DNA from: Paraspadella gotoi | Lineage: Eukaryota > Animalia > Chaetognatha | Reading direction: 5' to 3' | DNA: 64,000 nucleotides | Assembly: GCA_051294375.1 (NCBI GenBank) | Contig: CM119270.1 | Location: 12,213,676 to 12,277,675, forward strand | Shown: positions 13,158 through 27,356 of the stretch, piece after piece | Layout: the number at the start of each line of letters is the position of its first letter | How positions within the stretch are numbered: position 1 is the first letter of the stretch | Made by a program: the position numbers and the translations under genes | Notes under the pieces: model-generated | The model's input: only the letters and a program-made list of their open reading frames with translations | Database searches by the model: none | What the model was told of the DNA's origin: nothing

Positions 13158-16100
13158 CTTGCTCTCTCATCGTCTTCTCTCTCTCTCCTCTCTCCTAACC
13201 CGTCGCCGATTAGTCAACGTGTTTTCGTCTCGTCCTTCAGGTCTCTGTCGGTCTCAGTCTTTTACTGTTAAATATGCATTTGTTTTTTTGTTCCTTTTTT
13301 TTTTTCTCCGCCCAAAAGTCTTATTCCTTGTTGGTTTTTTTTTTCCTCTTGTGACTTTCCGCTGATTATTCCGTTCCGCGAGGGGGAGCTGTGACGGTGG
13401 ATCGAAGGTGGTGGTGTGGGGAATCCTCGCTGCGATATTGAAGATGATGAGAGATTTGATGAGGTGAGAAGTTGGGGGTGGTGGAGCGGGGCGCTGTAAG
13501 TAGCGGAGGGGGGGGGCCGTCAAAGGATTCATTTTTTCAGATTCATCTTTTTCAAAAGTCATTCTCGGTGCTTCTTCTTCTCTTTTTTTCTCGGATTATT
13601 TCCTCGACCTTTCTTTCCTTTTCCATCACATTTTCCACATCAGTCTTCTCAATTTTTTTTGCCGGCAACATTTTTTTTTCCAATTGTCCTCGGACTTCGA
13701 ACGACTTTTTTACAGTCCTAAAACACCCTTCAACAGCTATCTTCAACTAGATGTCTATAAAAATTTCAAAGGTGACTCGTTTTCAAAAGATCATATTTTC
13801 GAAAAGATTTATAGATTGTTCCCGATCATTTGAGATCTTGAAATGAATATTGAATTTGAATTAATTGGAATATTGGAATATGGATATGATATGGAACTAT
13901 ATTAATATCTCACCCGCATATTCAATATTTTTACTTTTACCTAATATCCTCTCATCTTCCTCCCATCTTTTGCAAACTCATCCTTTCTTCCTCTCACCTT
14001 CAAGCCGAACCCATCCTCCCATTGTCCTCGCTCCCCTCTCCACGCCCCTCTTCCTCCCGCCCCCTCGTCCTCACGCCCGTGCCGTCTCTCACTACGCACC
14101 AGATGCCATCTTCGACGCTTCTCTCCATTCGTGGTTTTTGCATTGTCCTAATCTTTTGCGTCCTACTTCTGCCATCGTCCTTCTCTTTCTCTCACTTCCT
14201 CAAGGTCCTTTCTCTCTCTCTTCTCTCGTCCGCATCACATTGAGTCTCAACGTCCATTCTCTGAGCATCTCATCTTCTTCTCTCTCCTGCTCTCTCTGCT
14301 CGCCTGTGTCACTCGAACCGCTTCCCGCAATAAACCGTTCTCTCTCTCCTCTCTGCTTCCGCAGAGCCTTTCGAGCCCCGACCGTCGTCGTCGTCGTCGT
14401 CGTGTTGTCGTTGTTGTCGACGATGAGTCCGTTCTGTACTTTGTCATTAAAGAGTCAGTTGATTTAGTTTTGTTTTACTTCTATATAAACTGACATTTTG
14501 TTCAAACGATATATGATTTTCTTTAAGTGAATGATTGAAGATGATGATTGAGTGATGATGATGATTGATTTGGTTGTTCTCTTTGAATTTGTCTTAGCGG
14601 AGCATCATCCATTTATTTGGCTTTGTTCCTTCTCTCCTCTCCTCTCCTCTCCCCTCTGCTCCTTCTCTCTCTCTCTCGTCTCTCTCTCTCTCTCCTTCTC
14701 TCTCCTCTCTGTTATCGCTTTTTAAGAATTTTTGGATTTTCGCTAATTTTGTTTAAATCCTTTTTTTCTAAAGATTCTTCCTGAAGATTTTGGCCCCGGT
14801 CTTGGACGGACAACGAAGTCCGTTCATCATTTATTTTTTCGTTTCATTTCGTTCTGTTGCTTTATTGTTATTTTTGGTCAACCGAATATGCGACAGCTGT
14901 ACGATCCGATTGGTTTAAAAGGAAAAGTGTGAGGTCAAACGCTAAAATAGAATTTTCCCAAGTGTAAACAGATGGTGAATTGACTGCTCTTATTCGCATT
15001 CAGCAATAATAGACTAGAATTGATGATCCATTTTATTAAACAAGCCTTGATCTTGCCCATTGGGACTTTGGGCACTTGGCCATGGACTGGCTTTGGGTCG
15101 GTAAGACTTTTCCAATCGCTCTTACAAGATAATCAACATACGCGAGTACTCTCTTCACAGACTCCGAGAGTCCGCTTATCGATGAAGTGATATATATTTT
15201 CTTAATGGTTTAAATTGGATAGAAGGATCTTTGTAACTTGCTTAGTAGTGTTAAGCAGTAAGTGACGACGAAACCCAACGCTGACACAGCAGCAACCACA
15301 ACACGCAGGACGTATTGACAATTGTCAACGTCATAACTCAAACGAGGAAACATAAAAATCCCGTCAAACGAGTGTAGGGAGGAAGAGAAGGGAAGGTAAG
15401 GGTAGAAAGGAGGAGAAAGGGAAGGTAGAGAGAATAGTCAGCGGAGGCAAGAAAAGGGACAGTGAAAGCCGTAATCATAGAGAGAGTGAGTCAGACCAGA
15501 GCAGAACGACGCGTCGCATCATCGTATGAGACACAAAGGCGCTGATAGCGATATAAACAAGATCAAGAACGAGACGTCAGATGCGAGTCGTAGGATTGGA
15601 ATGGGACCGCAATCGAGACGGTACTCCTGTGCTCGTGGCCTCGAGTTGTGCGTTGGGGGGAGGGGGTGCGCGGGTGGAGGATTTTTGTGTGTTTTGGTCG
15701 TCGCAGGAAATGATGACTGAAAGGAAGGAAAGGACAAGTTGATATACATTACGCGAGTGTGATAAAATTGAAAGGAGCAAATCAGAGAACGAATAATAAA
15801 TAGATTTAAACGGCAATTAATTTGATGAACAGAATTTTGAATAGCGCAAATAAACTCGATGGGAAAAAATAAATTGCGGGTCATAGAATAGTCTCTCAAT
15901 CTCTCTAACGAAGACGTTCTGAAATACCTGTCATTGTAAAATCATAACGAAGCAATCAACCATGTTGTCATGTGCAACAGCGGATACATGCTTTCAAGGA
16001 CTGTTTCAGAATGCGCGTATAAAATGTTTGACAAATACAAATGCTTTCAATTGGTACCAATAGCGGATGAATATGAAAGATCGACGCCCATTAAATATCG

Positions 16101-16352
16101 AAGCATAAGTTACGGGAAAATAGCGAAAATCTTTTTCAACACAACAAAAATAAGACCCGGAAGTATTTGATTTTTGCCGTATTTTTCTTTTTCCTTTTTC
16201 TCTTATTCATGCTGCTTAGTTTAAATATTGGGGTAAATTAGCACGCCCTCCATAAATCTTCTTTAAAATCAGTCCTCTTGTCTGCGTTTTGTTTGTTGTT
16301 CAGAGAAAAGAGAGACAGAAGAAAGAAGAAGAGAGGAGAGAGAGAGATGAAC

Positions 16353-16395
<43 letters not shown>

Positions 16396-17214
16396 AGAGA
16401 AGAGAAATGTAAAAGATAAGGAATATTTTCATTTTGGCCAGCGGGACAGATTTCTTTTTAACTCGCTAATATTATCTACTTTTTTTTCTAACCTTACATC
16501 TATTTTCAGATCTTTTTTTACATACAGGATGATCAGTCGAAAAATCTGTGTAAAGATAGATTTAAAAATTTTCAGACATACAATTTTTATCTATCATTAT
16601 TATTTTATCATAGTTCCCACTGTTATTCTTATTACAGAGGTAACAAGTTTACAGTTAGATTGTTTTGTAAAATAATCTACCCTCTACAATAGCTAATTAT
16701 TTTAGAGAGTAAGAAAATTTAGTCATCCTTAAAAATGTTTATAAAAAATTATCGAAGCAAAAATATTGATATTGCTGCAAGGTCCCTCACAAAACTGATA
16801 ATACTATGATATAATTTTCCAATTTTTGTAGTATTAAATTATCTTCATAAACTTCGGCGAAGTTAAGGGTATTGAAATGGATATACTACTTTTATTTCTG
16901 ATTAGAAAAGCTCCGGAATTTGCTCTTTATTCTTGTTTTCGGCTCATTACAAACTTAAAACAGAATAAATTTAATCAAGAAAAATTATATACATAAAAAT
17001 ATGTATATATTTGTTTTCAATGTAATCAATATTTTAAAGAGGTTAAAATCTTTGACGTTCTCGTATGGAGAATTTTTCATAGCGGCGTTTTCCAAATGGT
17101 CACGATGTATCTTAAATCCAATCTTCTGAGAATTCTAAAGGTTACATTTTCCTAATCTCCCCTCATTTTATATTCTGCCACTTTTGTACGTACCATACCA
17201 GACCCGTACAAGCC

Positions 17215-17420
17215 GTTTGCTTCCCGCTCTGCCTAGCCGCGCTTCCCAGCCCGCTTTCCCAGCCCACCTTCCAGCCGCTCCCCAGCCCGCTCCCGCCGAA
17301 CGCAGCCACGCCTACCTCCGTGCCTCATCCTTAGAGGCCGCGCTCACAACTTCCGCTTTGTTGCTTCTTATCAGTTATCAGTGTCCTAGGGAATCATCTG
17401 TTTCGTGCCGCGGTAAACAA
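17215..17420 (+). promoter_or_regulatory. GC-rich array of ~12-bp TTCCCAGCCCGC units followed by TATCAGTTATCAGT; possible promoter/first exon (copy at 35570-35760)
   Basis: Four to five degenerate units, then Inr-like TCAGTT/TCAGTG and a donor-like GCG|GTAAAC near 17411. Function is inferred. Confidence 0.3.
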
Positions 17421-17673
17421 ATAGTTTCTTCGCGCGATTCCCACATCTTTTTTTTTTTCTTTTTTCAGTTTTGTAGTAGTAGCAGTACTCTTTATCTTTT
17501 TCCTTTTCTTCCCATTCTTTAAACGCCACCCCTTTTTTTTTTCTTTGGGACGGCCTTCCCCTTTTTGTGGAGAGTTTTTTTCACTCTGTGTATGCGTGCG
17601 TATGTGTGTGTGTCTCTCACGATATAGATATTTGATTAAAGGGAAGTTTCTCTCTCTCTTCTTCTCGTTCTCT

Positions 17674-17708
<35 letters not shown>

Positions 17709-18565
17709 CATCTGTTTTCTCTATCTTCCAAAGCTGCCTTTTTTCTCTCTTTCATTTCAACGATTAGAGATCGGTCAGCATTTACGAGAAAGATTTAAAT
17801 ACCCTGACCACAAATAAGCGAAATGTTCCCCTTTCGTTTGCTTGTACTTTTTATTTTGTTATATCGTTATGTTCCCCCCCCGATCAACAAAACAAAGAGA
17901 AGCCGATGGACTTCGTGTTTGTTTGCGTCAGCTTTTTGGTTTCTCGCTCCATTAATTCTTTTTCTTCCTGACCGAAAAATCGAAATTCGGTAATGGAATT
18001 TTCTTCTTTTTTTAAAAAAAGTTTAAGCCTCTCTAAGTTTTAGCGCTCTCTCTTCTTCCCTCCTCTCTCATCTCTCCTCTCTCTCTCTCTCTTCTCTCTA
18101 TTCTCTCCCCTTCTCTCTCTCCCCCGAGTCAATAACCCCCTCCTATTATCGACTTCCTTTTATTTTTCTAAACAAAAAAAAGAATGAACATTTAAAAAGT
18201 CGGACTTTAAAAGTCAGACTTCCGAGTCCTATTGGTTCTTCCTTTCCATTTTTTCTTCTTCTTTTTTTGGTCTCTTATTTTGTTGCGCATTTTTTTCGTA
18301 GGGACAATGGGTTTGAACAGGGGGGGTGCAATGCGAGACGGGGGTTGCCGGACGGTGTGTCCACTGTGTCGTAACGTCGGTCTCTCCGTCCGAGACAGCG
18401 GTCTCGTCGAGGATTGTTTTACCTAGACAGTCCGATTTTCCTCTGGACAGCATTTTAAACTTTTATTTAACATAATTAATTTTTTATGATTTCCATTAAT
18501 GGTCGTTTAGCTATCACTACGCTGCTTTGCATCTCTTTCTTTCTCTCTTCTCTCTCTCGTCTCTC

Positions 18566-18614
<49 letters not shown>

Positions 18615-21600
18615 TTCCTCTCTCATCTCCCTCCGTAAAGATGGAGTGAACGCGAGGTCCGCCGGAATGCTCCAATAAAAGGCGGAACGATTGGGGAATC
18701 TTGGGTGGCACAGGACTGTAACCAGAAGGGGATAGACAGGCGCGCGCCGGCCGAGGTCCGGTGGCGGCCTGCGGCTGTTGCTGCGCCAACTAGAGATTCC
18801 ATTCGAATCTCATTACCTTTTTAAGATTCAGATGACGGGAAGTTTATTCAATCATGTAATTTTTTTTCAAGGCGTTTTTTTTTTAATGGCGGTCGAAACA
18901 AATACCATTCTTCTAAACCTTAATGGATGTAAAAATATTTAATTTTAACCTTGATCTTTCATCAAATTTTAAATCCTAATATTTAGCAGCCTTTTATCAA
19001 TGGAGTTCTTATCCGAACGTTAAAAGCTTTCAATTTGCGCGTTCGTCCTTTTGGGGTCGTTCTCGTCATCAATGGGATTTTGAGTTTCAAGGCCTTTTGA
19101 ATCGAAATAGCTTTTCAGCGTTTTTATATTTCAATGATATGAAACAAATTTCTATTTGTACTATATGGCATATTTTGAGATGTTGTTATTTGTATATTCT
19201 ATGTTTGTACTAGAATCAATAATAAGCATAATAAAATGAAAAGCGAGAAAAAGAAAATAAAAACTGCCGGATATAAATTATCTGCCTTCGTCAGTATAAC
19301 TTAGATTTTAACCTGACTTAATTAGTCATGGGTTGATTAAATAATCATTATTCCTTACCTCTCTTCGCTCTTATCTCTTCTCTTTGCCAATTCTTTCCTC
19401 ATTAAACTCGAACTTACCTCAACTTACCTCTACATAAGCGTCTTTTTCCTCGATTCACCTTATCCTCCAATCGCGTCTTCGGTTCGCTAAATTCAGTGAT
19501 TTTCCTCAAAGCCTCATTTTGCTTTTTTTTTTTTGCTGCTAATCAATCTCATCCTCTTCACCAATTCTCTTAACTTATTTTTCTTTGTCTATTTTATCTC
19601 TTTCTCGTTCACGTATCGTCTATTTGGCGGTCAATAACGAGCTTACTTACCAGCGATTCCTCACGGGGATTTCATCCAGGTTTCACATTCATCGAATAAC
19701 GAAGCATTTCTGGATTTGGGTTTTATCCTTTTACTTCCACCTACTCTTTTTTTTCGCTTTTTCTTTAGCGCTGTCGGTTTTCTCAATATTTCATACTTTC
19801 CCGTATCACTACGTTCCTTTCGCGTAATCAGCGTTTTTCTTCCTTCCTATCTTTCATCCTTTCACCTCAAATCCCAACGGAAGTTGTAAATTGTACAATC
19901 TCTTTCATCCACGTGGTGTCATATCAACTGACGCGAAGAAGATATCTAAGACGGAGATTTTCTTGCCGCTATCGGCGTCGTCGTCGTCGTCATCATCGTC
20001 TTCTGATCGTTGCGACGTAAATCGCGTCTGATTGTCTTTTTCTTTTTTCTCTCCTCTCCTTTTTTCTTCCTCTCTCTCCAATTTTTGTTGGAAGCATCGA
20101 CCGACAGGAGGCGATTATCCGATTCAGATTTTTTTTTCCTTTTCTCTTTTGTTCTTTTTTCCCTAATTTCTGTCTAACACTTCTCTAGATCTCATCTTCA
20201 ACATATCGCATAAACTAACACTGTCTAGCAAATCTTACTCTCTCCTCTCTATCCTCAAATCCACCTCTCATCATCACACATCATGATACACATATAAAAT
20301 ACTCATAATCATACTCTCTTCATCTCAACATCACAAAAAAATACTCTATAAAAAATACTCAATACAATACAAAATAACAAAAATAAATAAAAAACTTCTC
20401 TTCTACTCTCTCTCTCCTCTCTTCTCTGACCATAATTGGTTAATGTAAAATAAGTGCTGCTTTATGGTCTTTAAAAAAAAAAAAGAAACAAAAACTAGAA
20501 AATTTCATAAAAATAAAAACAAACATCTCTACTTTAAACCCAAGCTAAATCGACCTCAGGATTTTCCGATCAAACACAATCAAGCAAAGGAAAGCGAACC
20601 AAGCAAATAAACCCAAGCAACCGTTCATTCCCTCGTCTTCGATCTCTCCCTCTCTCGAATTTCACGCTCGCTTCGATCTATCGTCCTTGACCATCGAAAC
20701 CTCAAAAGACGCGGCGATTATTTTGGCGCTGGTGAGGAGGAGGAAGGAGGAAAAGGAGGAGGAGAGGAGGAGGAAGAGGTCTCTCCGCACCTGTCGGATA
20801 AGGTGTGGAGTGAAACGAGAGGAGAATTAGGTTGAAATCAGAAAAAGGAAAACATATTAAGGAAACGTTAAACTAATTGAGTTAATAACATTACTAATTC
20901 ATCCAATTAAAGTTAAAAAATTTCAAACTCGGAATGTATTTCCTGAAGGTTAACAGGCATCTTACCCACCTTCTGCACTCTCTTGGAATGTTACAAATCA
21001 ACCTCATACGAAAAAATTGACTTTCTGATTATACCCGATCACAATGCAACTTGATCATATTCGACCTTGTATAAACTGTATATCATTTTTGAAAATTCGA
21101 GCGGTAAGGAAAGTGAGGTCATCACAAGCCGAGACCAGGTGAGAAATTTTAAACCGAAAAAAAAAAGAGAAAAAATGTTATGCATTCCGTTCTCACTAGA
21201 ACTCAGGATCCAATTTGCGAAGAGGAAAAATAAAAAATCGATGGTTGGATGAAAAAAGTCGATAAGACAAATAATTGGGAGAAGAAAAGCGCACGAGCGT
21301 CGAAAGAGGCTCTTGTGGGATTTTCGGCGCGCCTGTCGAACTTTTGTCAGTTTAATTAACAAAACATTCTTAATCATGTCGTAGAAAAGTTAATTGAATG
21401 TCGGGTTGTTTGGCCGTTCAGAAAATTTAACCAATCGCTTACATGGAATATGCTCAAGAGGGATGCATAATATTTCTTGAATTTCAATATTAATTTAATT
21501 ATTTTATTAGATATTGTATTTTTTTATTACGAATCGTTTGCGTTTGATTATAACAAAATTGTAGATTGATTGACTATTAAAAGTTTCGGAGTTTTATTTA

Positions 21601-23190
21601 ATATTTGTTTCTTTTTTGAGGTACAATAAACCGGGCTAATACGCAAATGAACCGAAACCCGAAAATTTATAATTGAAATGGATTTTTGAGACCAACTCCT
21701 GTTTATCGATTGATCCCGATTAGATGGTGGAGGAATCGGAGATGGTTGAAAATGATGGCAGAGAAAGGAGGTGAGGCTGAAACAGACTAAGGGTGAGTGA
21801 ACTCGAAGGCGAGATATAGTAGAAAGGAAGGATCCGCAGGAAATGAAAAGAAAGAACAAAATTTATATTTAAAATTTATAATATAAATATTATGGGAAAA
21901 AAATCCGTTTAACAAGAATCTCGAATGTCAAGATTAATAGGAGTCTACGTTGTTCTTAGAGATCGAGGAAAGACTTTTTCAATGGAGATTTGTTCAAATC
22001 TGACCTACGCTCCCTGTAAAAATTCTGGTAAAAATATCGATGTAAAACATCTTGATTCGCGATCCTGTGCAATCTGAGGGCTCGCATTTTTTTTCATCTT
22101 GTCAAAATCATCAACAGTCTTGATATCAAAAACAAACCCAGCAACAAATAGACTGCTTCTGGAACGGAGAAATTTTCCATCTTCTGATTTTATATAGAAA
22201 TGAAAGGGATTTTTTTCCTTGAAAACTATAAACGGACTGAAGGTATGGTTCCCTCGTTCAACATTGAGGTCCTAAGTTTTGAAATCCTTTGGAAGTGTCT
22301 GAGGGACTATCCAAAATTTTTCTTTAACATTTTACTTAGGTTTTTTTGAATATGATACGACATGGTAAAGTGAATTAGTCCCTTTTTGGTGAAATTTTTA
22401 TTTAAAGTAAAAGTAAAAGAGGAGCTAACGTTCGGAATTCTAAGAGTTTTCAACCGGGAGTCCAGATTCGGGGAAAATCTGCTATGGCGAAAAATCTTCC
22501 AAAGATGGGGAAATTTTCGCGAAGATTTTGGTTTAATATTTTCTATATTTATAGTCGGATTTTTTTGAAACTAATATTAACAATATTGCCATCATTCTAA
22601 CCTTGTCCGGTATAAGAATATATTAAAAAAACTCGGGCTTGTTCGTCGAGCTTAAGTCCTAAGATAAACCAGAGCAGCGGGAAGAGCGGAATATAAGGAT
22701 ATTCATTACTCCTCTTTACGTCGCGTACCTAATTGCATTTATTATAATTACCAAACACATTACTTTATTTCTAAAATTTATTGGATGTTGAGGCTTTTCC
22801 TCCAAAAAGGAAAGACAAAGTAGGGGAACAGACGTGAAACTGAAGGAGGAAGAATGAGAGGAAGCGAGGAAAGATTAGAGACGAAGGAGAAAGAGCAATC
22901 GGGACCTCCCTCCTCTTCTCGGCGAAAAATGCTTCCCGAAGAACCGAATTTTTCGTTGCCAAGCGAACAAAAACAAAATCACTCCACCGGGTGCCCCGGC
23001 TTCCCTCGCCCCCCTTTTTTTTCGGGCCTCAACCTCCCTCTAACCCTCTCTCCCTCTCCCCCCGTGACTCATCGGGACGACGCCTGTCCCGGAATCCTTC
23101 GTTGCGCTCGTGGATTATGCGTGTAACGAAATCGCTTTGTGGTATTCTGTTACGCGCCTGGGTTTTAATTTGGGTTCAAGTTTTACGATC

Positions 23191-23223
<33 letters not shown>

Positions 23224-23776
23224 TCATCCCTCTCTCTCTCCTCTCTCTCTCTCTCCCCTCGTTTGGTGGTGGATAATCTACGGAGAAAGAGAAACGAAGC
23301 ATTTCCGAGAAAATCTCTTCCACTGCTTCTTGTTACTGTCTGTTTAGTTTAGTTGTTCTGATTGTTTATCGTCTTCTTTCGTCTTTTCTCTGTTATTGTA
23401 TTAATTCTTGACTTTGTAAGTTCTTTTTCAACGTAAAAATAATCACGAGAGGCAATGTTTCTTGTCCACGCTGTATTTCATTTTCGCACGACCAAGATGG
23501 CGAGATGAAGTTAAAACGAATGAATAAATCTTTCTCAAAATACGAGAAAAAAATACAACAAAACAATAGAACAATAAACAAAACGGAATAAACAGAAGAA
23601 AAGCGACAAAGAAAAAAACCACAGACAACAAGACAATGTGAAAACAGAGAACAGAAAAAAAATGCTTTAAAAAAACCAGAGAAGAAAAGAAAAAAAGCAG
23701 ACGCTCTGAGAAAAAAGAGAGCTAAAATGAGAAAAAGGGATAAAGAGAGAGAGCAGAAAGAAGAGAAAGAGAAGAG

Positions 23777-23831
<55 letters not shown>

Positions 23832-25659
23832 GAGAGAGTGGAATGAGTGAGTGAACTAAGAGAGAGAGAGAAAGAAGAGAGAAAGAGTGAGAAAGTGAGT
23901 GAGTGAGACTGAGAGAGAGAGAGAGAGAGAGAGAGAAGAGAGACGAGAGAGAAGAGAGAGAGTGGGTTGATGAAATGATGATGAGAGAAGAGAGAGAGAG
24001 AGAGTGAGTGAGTAAGAGAGAGTTAGAGAGTGAGACGGTGGAGTGAGACAGAGAGATAGAGAGTGGGTGAGACTGAGAAGGAGAAGAGAGAGGAGAGAGA
24101 GAGAGAGAGAGAAGAAAGAAGAGCAGAGAAGAAGAGAGAGAAGAGAAAGAGAGAGGAGAGAGAGAGGAGAGAGAGAGAGAGAGACTTTGCAACGCGCCAG
24201 ACCTGACAATCCCTTGAGATCATTGACGGCCCCCCCCGAAACTTCATGGATTTTTTCCATAGAACAAACTGTGAAAACAACCACAAAGAACAGAAACAGA
24301 TTATGATACCTCATCGAGATTATATTTTATAATATTTTTATAAATATATATATATTTTATTTATAAAAAACTAATCAAAAATACATAAATAATGAAATAA
24401 ATGAATAAATAATAAATAGAGAAAAATTAGGTCAATGGCAGTAAGGCATGAAGAAATTCTAGGCTGTAGCTTATGTGCCGCAGGAAGCTGGCAACACCAA
24501 AAACTAAACAACACAACAAACAAAAACAATACGTCGCGTAAAAAATTGGAAAGAAGAGAAAAATTAAAAAAGGGAAGGGAAGGAAAGGATCTCTCGGGAT
24601 TACATTGGAAAGAAGAGGAAGAAAAAAAAAGAAGAAAAAAAAAAAGAGAGAAGGAAGAAATAGAAAAAAGAAGAAGAAGAGAAGGAACCCGGGGATCTCG
24701 AAAGGGAGAAGAAAACCATAAATAAAACTGCGATACAGAAATCGAAAATCGGACCCTGGAAAGCAGGGGGCGGTGGGTGAGTAGGGTAGGGTGAAAGAAA
24801 ATGGGGAATGGGTAAGACGGGTAATAAAATGGTGGCCTAGGAGAATGGCGAATGTGGGTCATTGGGGTAGAGAAAATCGGGAGTGAACAAAAAGGGGGTC
24901 TTGAAATGGTAGACCAAAAACATAGCAGCCAGAAGAATAAGTCGAGAACGAAGAAAACAAAGCTTTTCGTTAGCTGAAAAAGGCGAACATGATCGTGATT
25001 AAATGTGAGTAAAAGGTTATAAACCCTGATGGCTTGTATAATTGTGAGAAGGTCTGCGAGAGGGGTTCAGGGTAAGGATTGATCGGAGGTTAAGGAGAGA
25101 AAACGTTAAGAAATTAAACACCTTGCAAAAAGAACAACATTTACAATAAATCTCCGCCAGAGAATAAAATGGATTAACATATATTAAATTTTGGTCATCA
25201 GATTTATTTTACTGCCGAATATAGCGAAATGGAAAGTTATAAAAAATAAACAAAGAGAAGTGCCGCCCTTCTTTTTGGCCTGCCGGATTACGAGTCCACA
25301 AAAATCTATGAGTCCAATCGGTTTGCTTTGGCCGACGGGGCTATGGGTGCTAAATATGAGAACAATTCCTATCTCTTTTTCATCTTATCTTGAAAATGAC
25401 TTTCTGTTTGTCTTATTTTTATTATTTCTCTACTAAATAAGAATCTTTTGGGTCTAAAATCTTTTTATGGTTGATAATTTAAAATACATTAAATGTAAAT
25501 ATAAGATGTGGAACATTATTGTTGCAAATTTGGCAAGATTGAGGTTCATATTTTAAAAAACTCTTACCCACAAAAAAACTGTCGTTTTTTATCTTCATAA
25601 AAAAAAAAGGGTTACAAACTAAAAAAAAAAAAAAAAATAAAAAAAACGCGGTTCTCGGC

Positions 25660-26010
25660 CCAAATCGGTGTCGGAATCTATTTCCAACCTGGGACGGCAA
25701 ATCTGGCACCGATCCATCTCACTAAAGCCTCCTCTCAGTATTCCAGGGCCGCGACGGGGCCGCCGGACTGCAAGCCTGGCGCCGCTGGAAACCGCCCGCG
25801 GCCTCAGTAACGTATTCCCTCCGACTTCCGGGAGGCCGCTTAGACTTTCCTCCCTTCCGCGCGCTTGTTTTGGCCGCGGCGCTGGGCTGACATTTTGGCG
25901 GCCGCCTGGCACCGCAATTTGACGTCACCGGTTTAGTCGGTCGCGGGCGGCTGCGCACGTCGTCGCCGGCTGTCGCCGTTGTCGCGGGTGCGCTTTCCCC
26001 CTGCACGTTC
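25660..26010. promoter_or_regulatory. CpG/GC-rich island with a full CRE palindrome TGACGTCA (copy at 46420-46770)
   Basis: Sharp GC island in AT-rich DNA; TGACGTCA at 25920-25927 and 46681-46688; E2F-like TTTTGGCGG nearby. Confidence 0.35.
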
Positions 26011-27356
26011 CGATTCCCGATAAAAACGGCAAATCTTTTATAATGAAGGGGAATTTTCGTTGTTTTCCACGTCAGATTCGACAGATAACTCGAATGGAGA
26101 AGAAAGAAAAGTAGGCGAAGGAATAATGAAAAATGGACAAGACAGAAAAAAAATGGAAATTGAAGGAAAAAATAAAAATTGCGGGAAATTGCGGAATCAA
26201 TGTCAAATTGAAAAGGAGAAAAAGAGAGAAATAACGAATCTTGAGTCAAGGAATCATGAATAAACCGAATAATCCGAAACAGAGAATACTCAAATCTTCA
26301 ACGGAACCAAAATCTGAAAAACTAAAAAAAATGCGCCTCACTGGAAAGAGAAAACCAGAAAATGAAAAACGTCACAAATTTTCCGTTCTTTTTTCTTTTT
26401 TTCTTTTTTTTTTTTTTTTGTTTCCCCCGAATTTGTCCAAGCGATAACCAAAACAGAAAGAGAGAAAAAAAATTCCTCAAAACACAGCCGGAAAATGAGA
26501 AAAAAATATGGAAAATAAAAGAAGAGAGAGGAGCAGAGAGGAAGAGGAGAGAGGAAGGAGAAGAGACGAGGAGAAGGGAAGAGAGAGAAGAGAGAGAGAG
26601 AAAGAGAGAGAGAGGAGCGAAGAAGAGAGAGAAGAGAGTGAGAGAGGAAGAGAGAAAAATAATTCCCTCTTCTCCCCATTTTTCCGCCATTGTTTTCATT
26701 CAATTTTTTTTCCGCCTTCCTTCTTTCCATAGTTTTTATTATTTTTTTTCATTATTCTGGTTCTCTCTTTTCTGACTGACTTTTGATTGAAGCGGGAAAA
26801 AATGAAAAAATGGGAAAAAATGGATTCCTCTCAGAATTCTAAATTTGAACCGACGGACACGACGGAATCGACGGAAGGATGGACGGTCGGGGGGGTCAGA
26901 GGCCCAAAGACGTCCTCTATAACTCGCGAAGAAAAACGTTTTTTCTTTGTTTTCTTTTCCTCCTTTTTAATATAATTGAAGAGCATTATTCAACAACGAA
27001 CTCAAAGATTTCCAACGTGTTTTTTTTTTTACCAGGCTTTATCTAACTACTGTCTTTCTTCCGCTCAAGTCCAATTTTTCTTTGGATATTGTTTTTTGTT
27101 TCCTTGCTTTCCCTTTCTTCTTCTGTTTGCAACTGTTCCTGTCGTACATTCAACCCATGTCACGGTCGCTGATCCCCTATTTCTGGAAGTTCACACCGTT
27201 TCTTTTCACAGACATCCACATTTTACTGACAACCGACACTCTTTCGTTCATTCACCCTAATTCTACTGCTGTACACCCCTGCGTCAGACGCATTGCTTTT
27301 CCCCTCCACCAAAATCCAAAGTCCGTCCTTCTCCTCCTTCCTCCTCCTACTCCTCT

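Noticed and set aside
13865-14467. 200-aa plus-strand ORF
   Set aside because: Pyrimidine-rich low-complexity DNA; the frame and peptide are not maintained in the second copy (32479-32934).
20176-20420. G-poor, C/A-rich stretch unique to copy 1
   Set aside because: It lies where copy 2 has a short unique stretch, (TC)n and a gap; most consistent with low-quality base calls.
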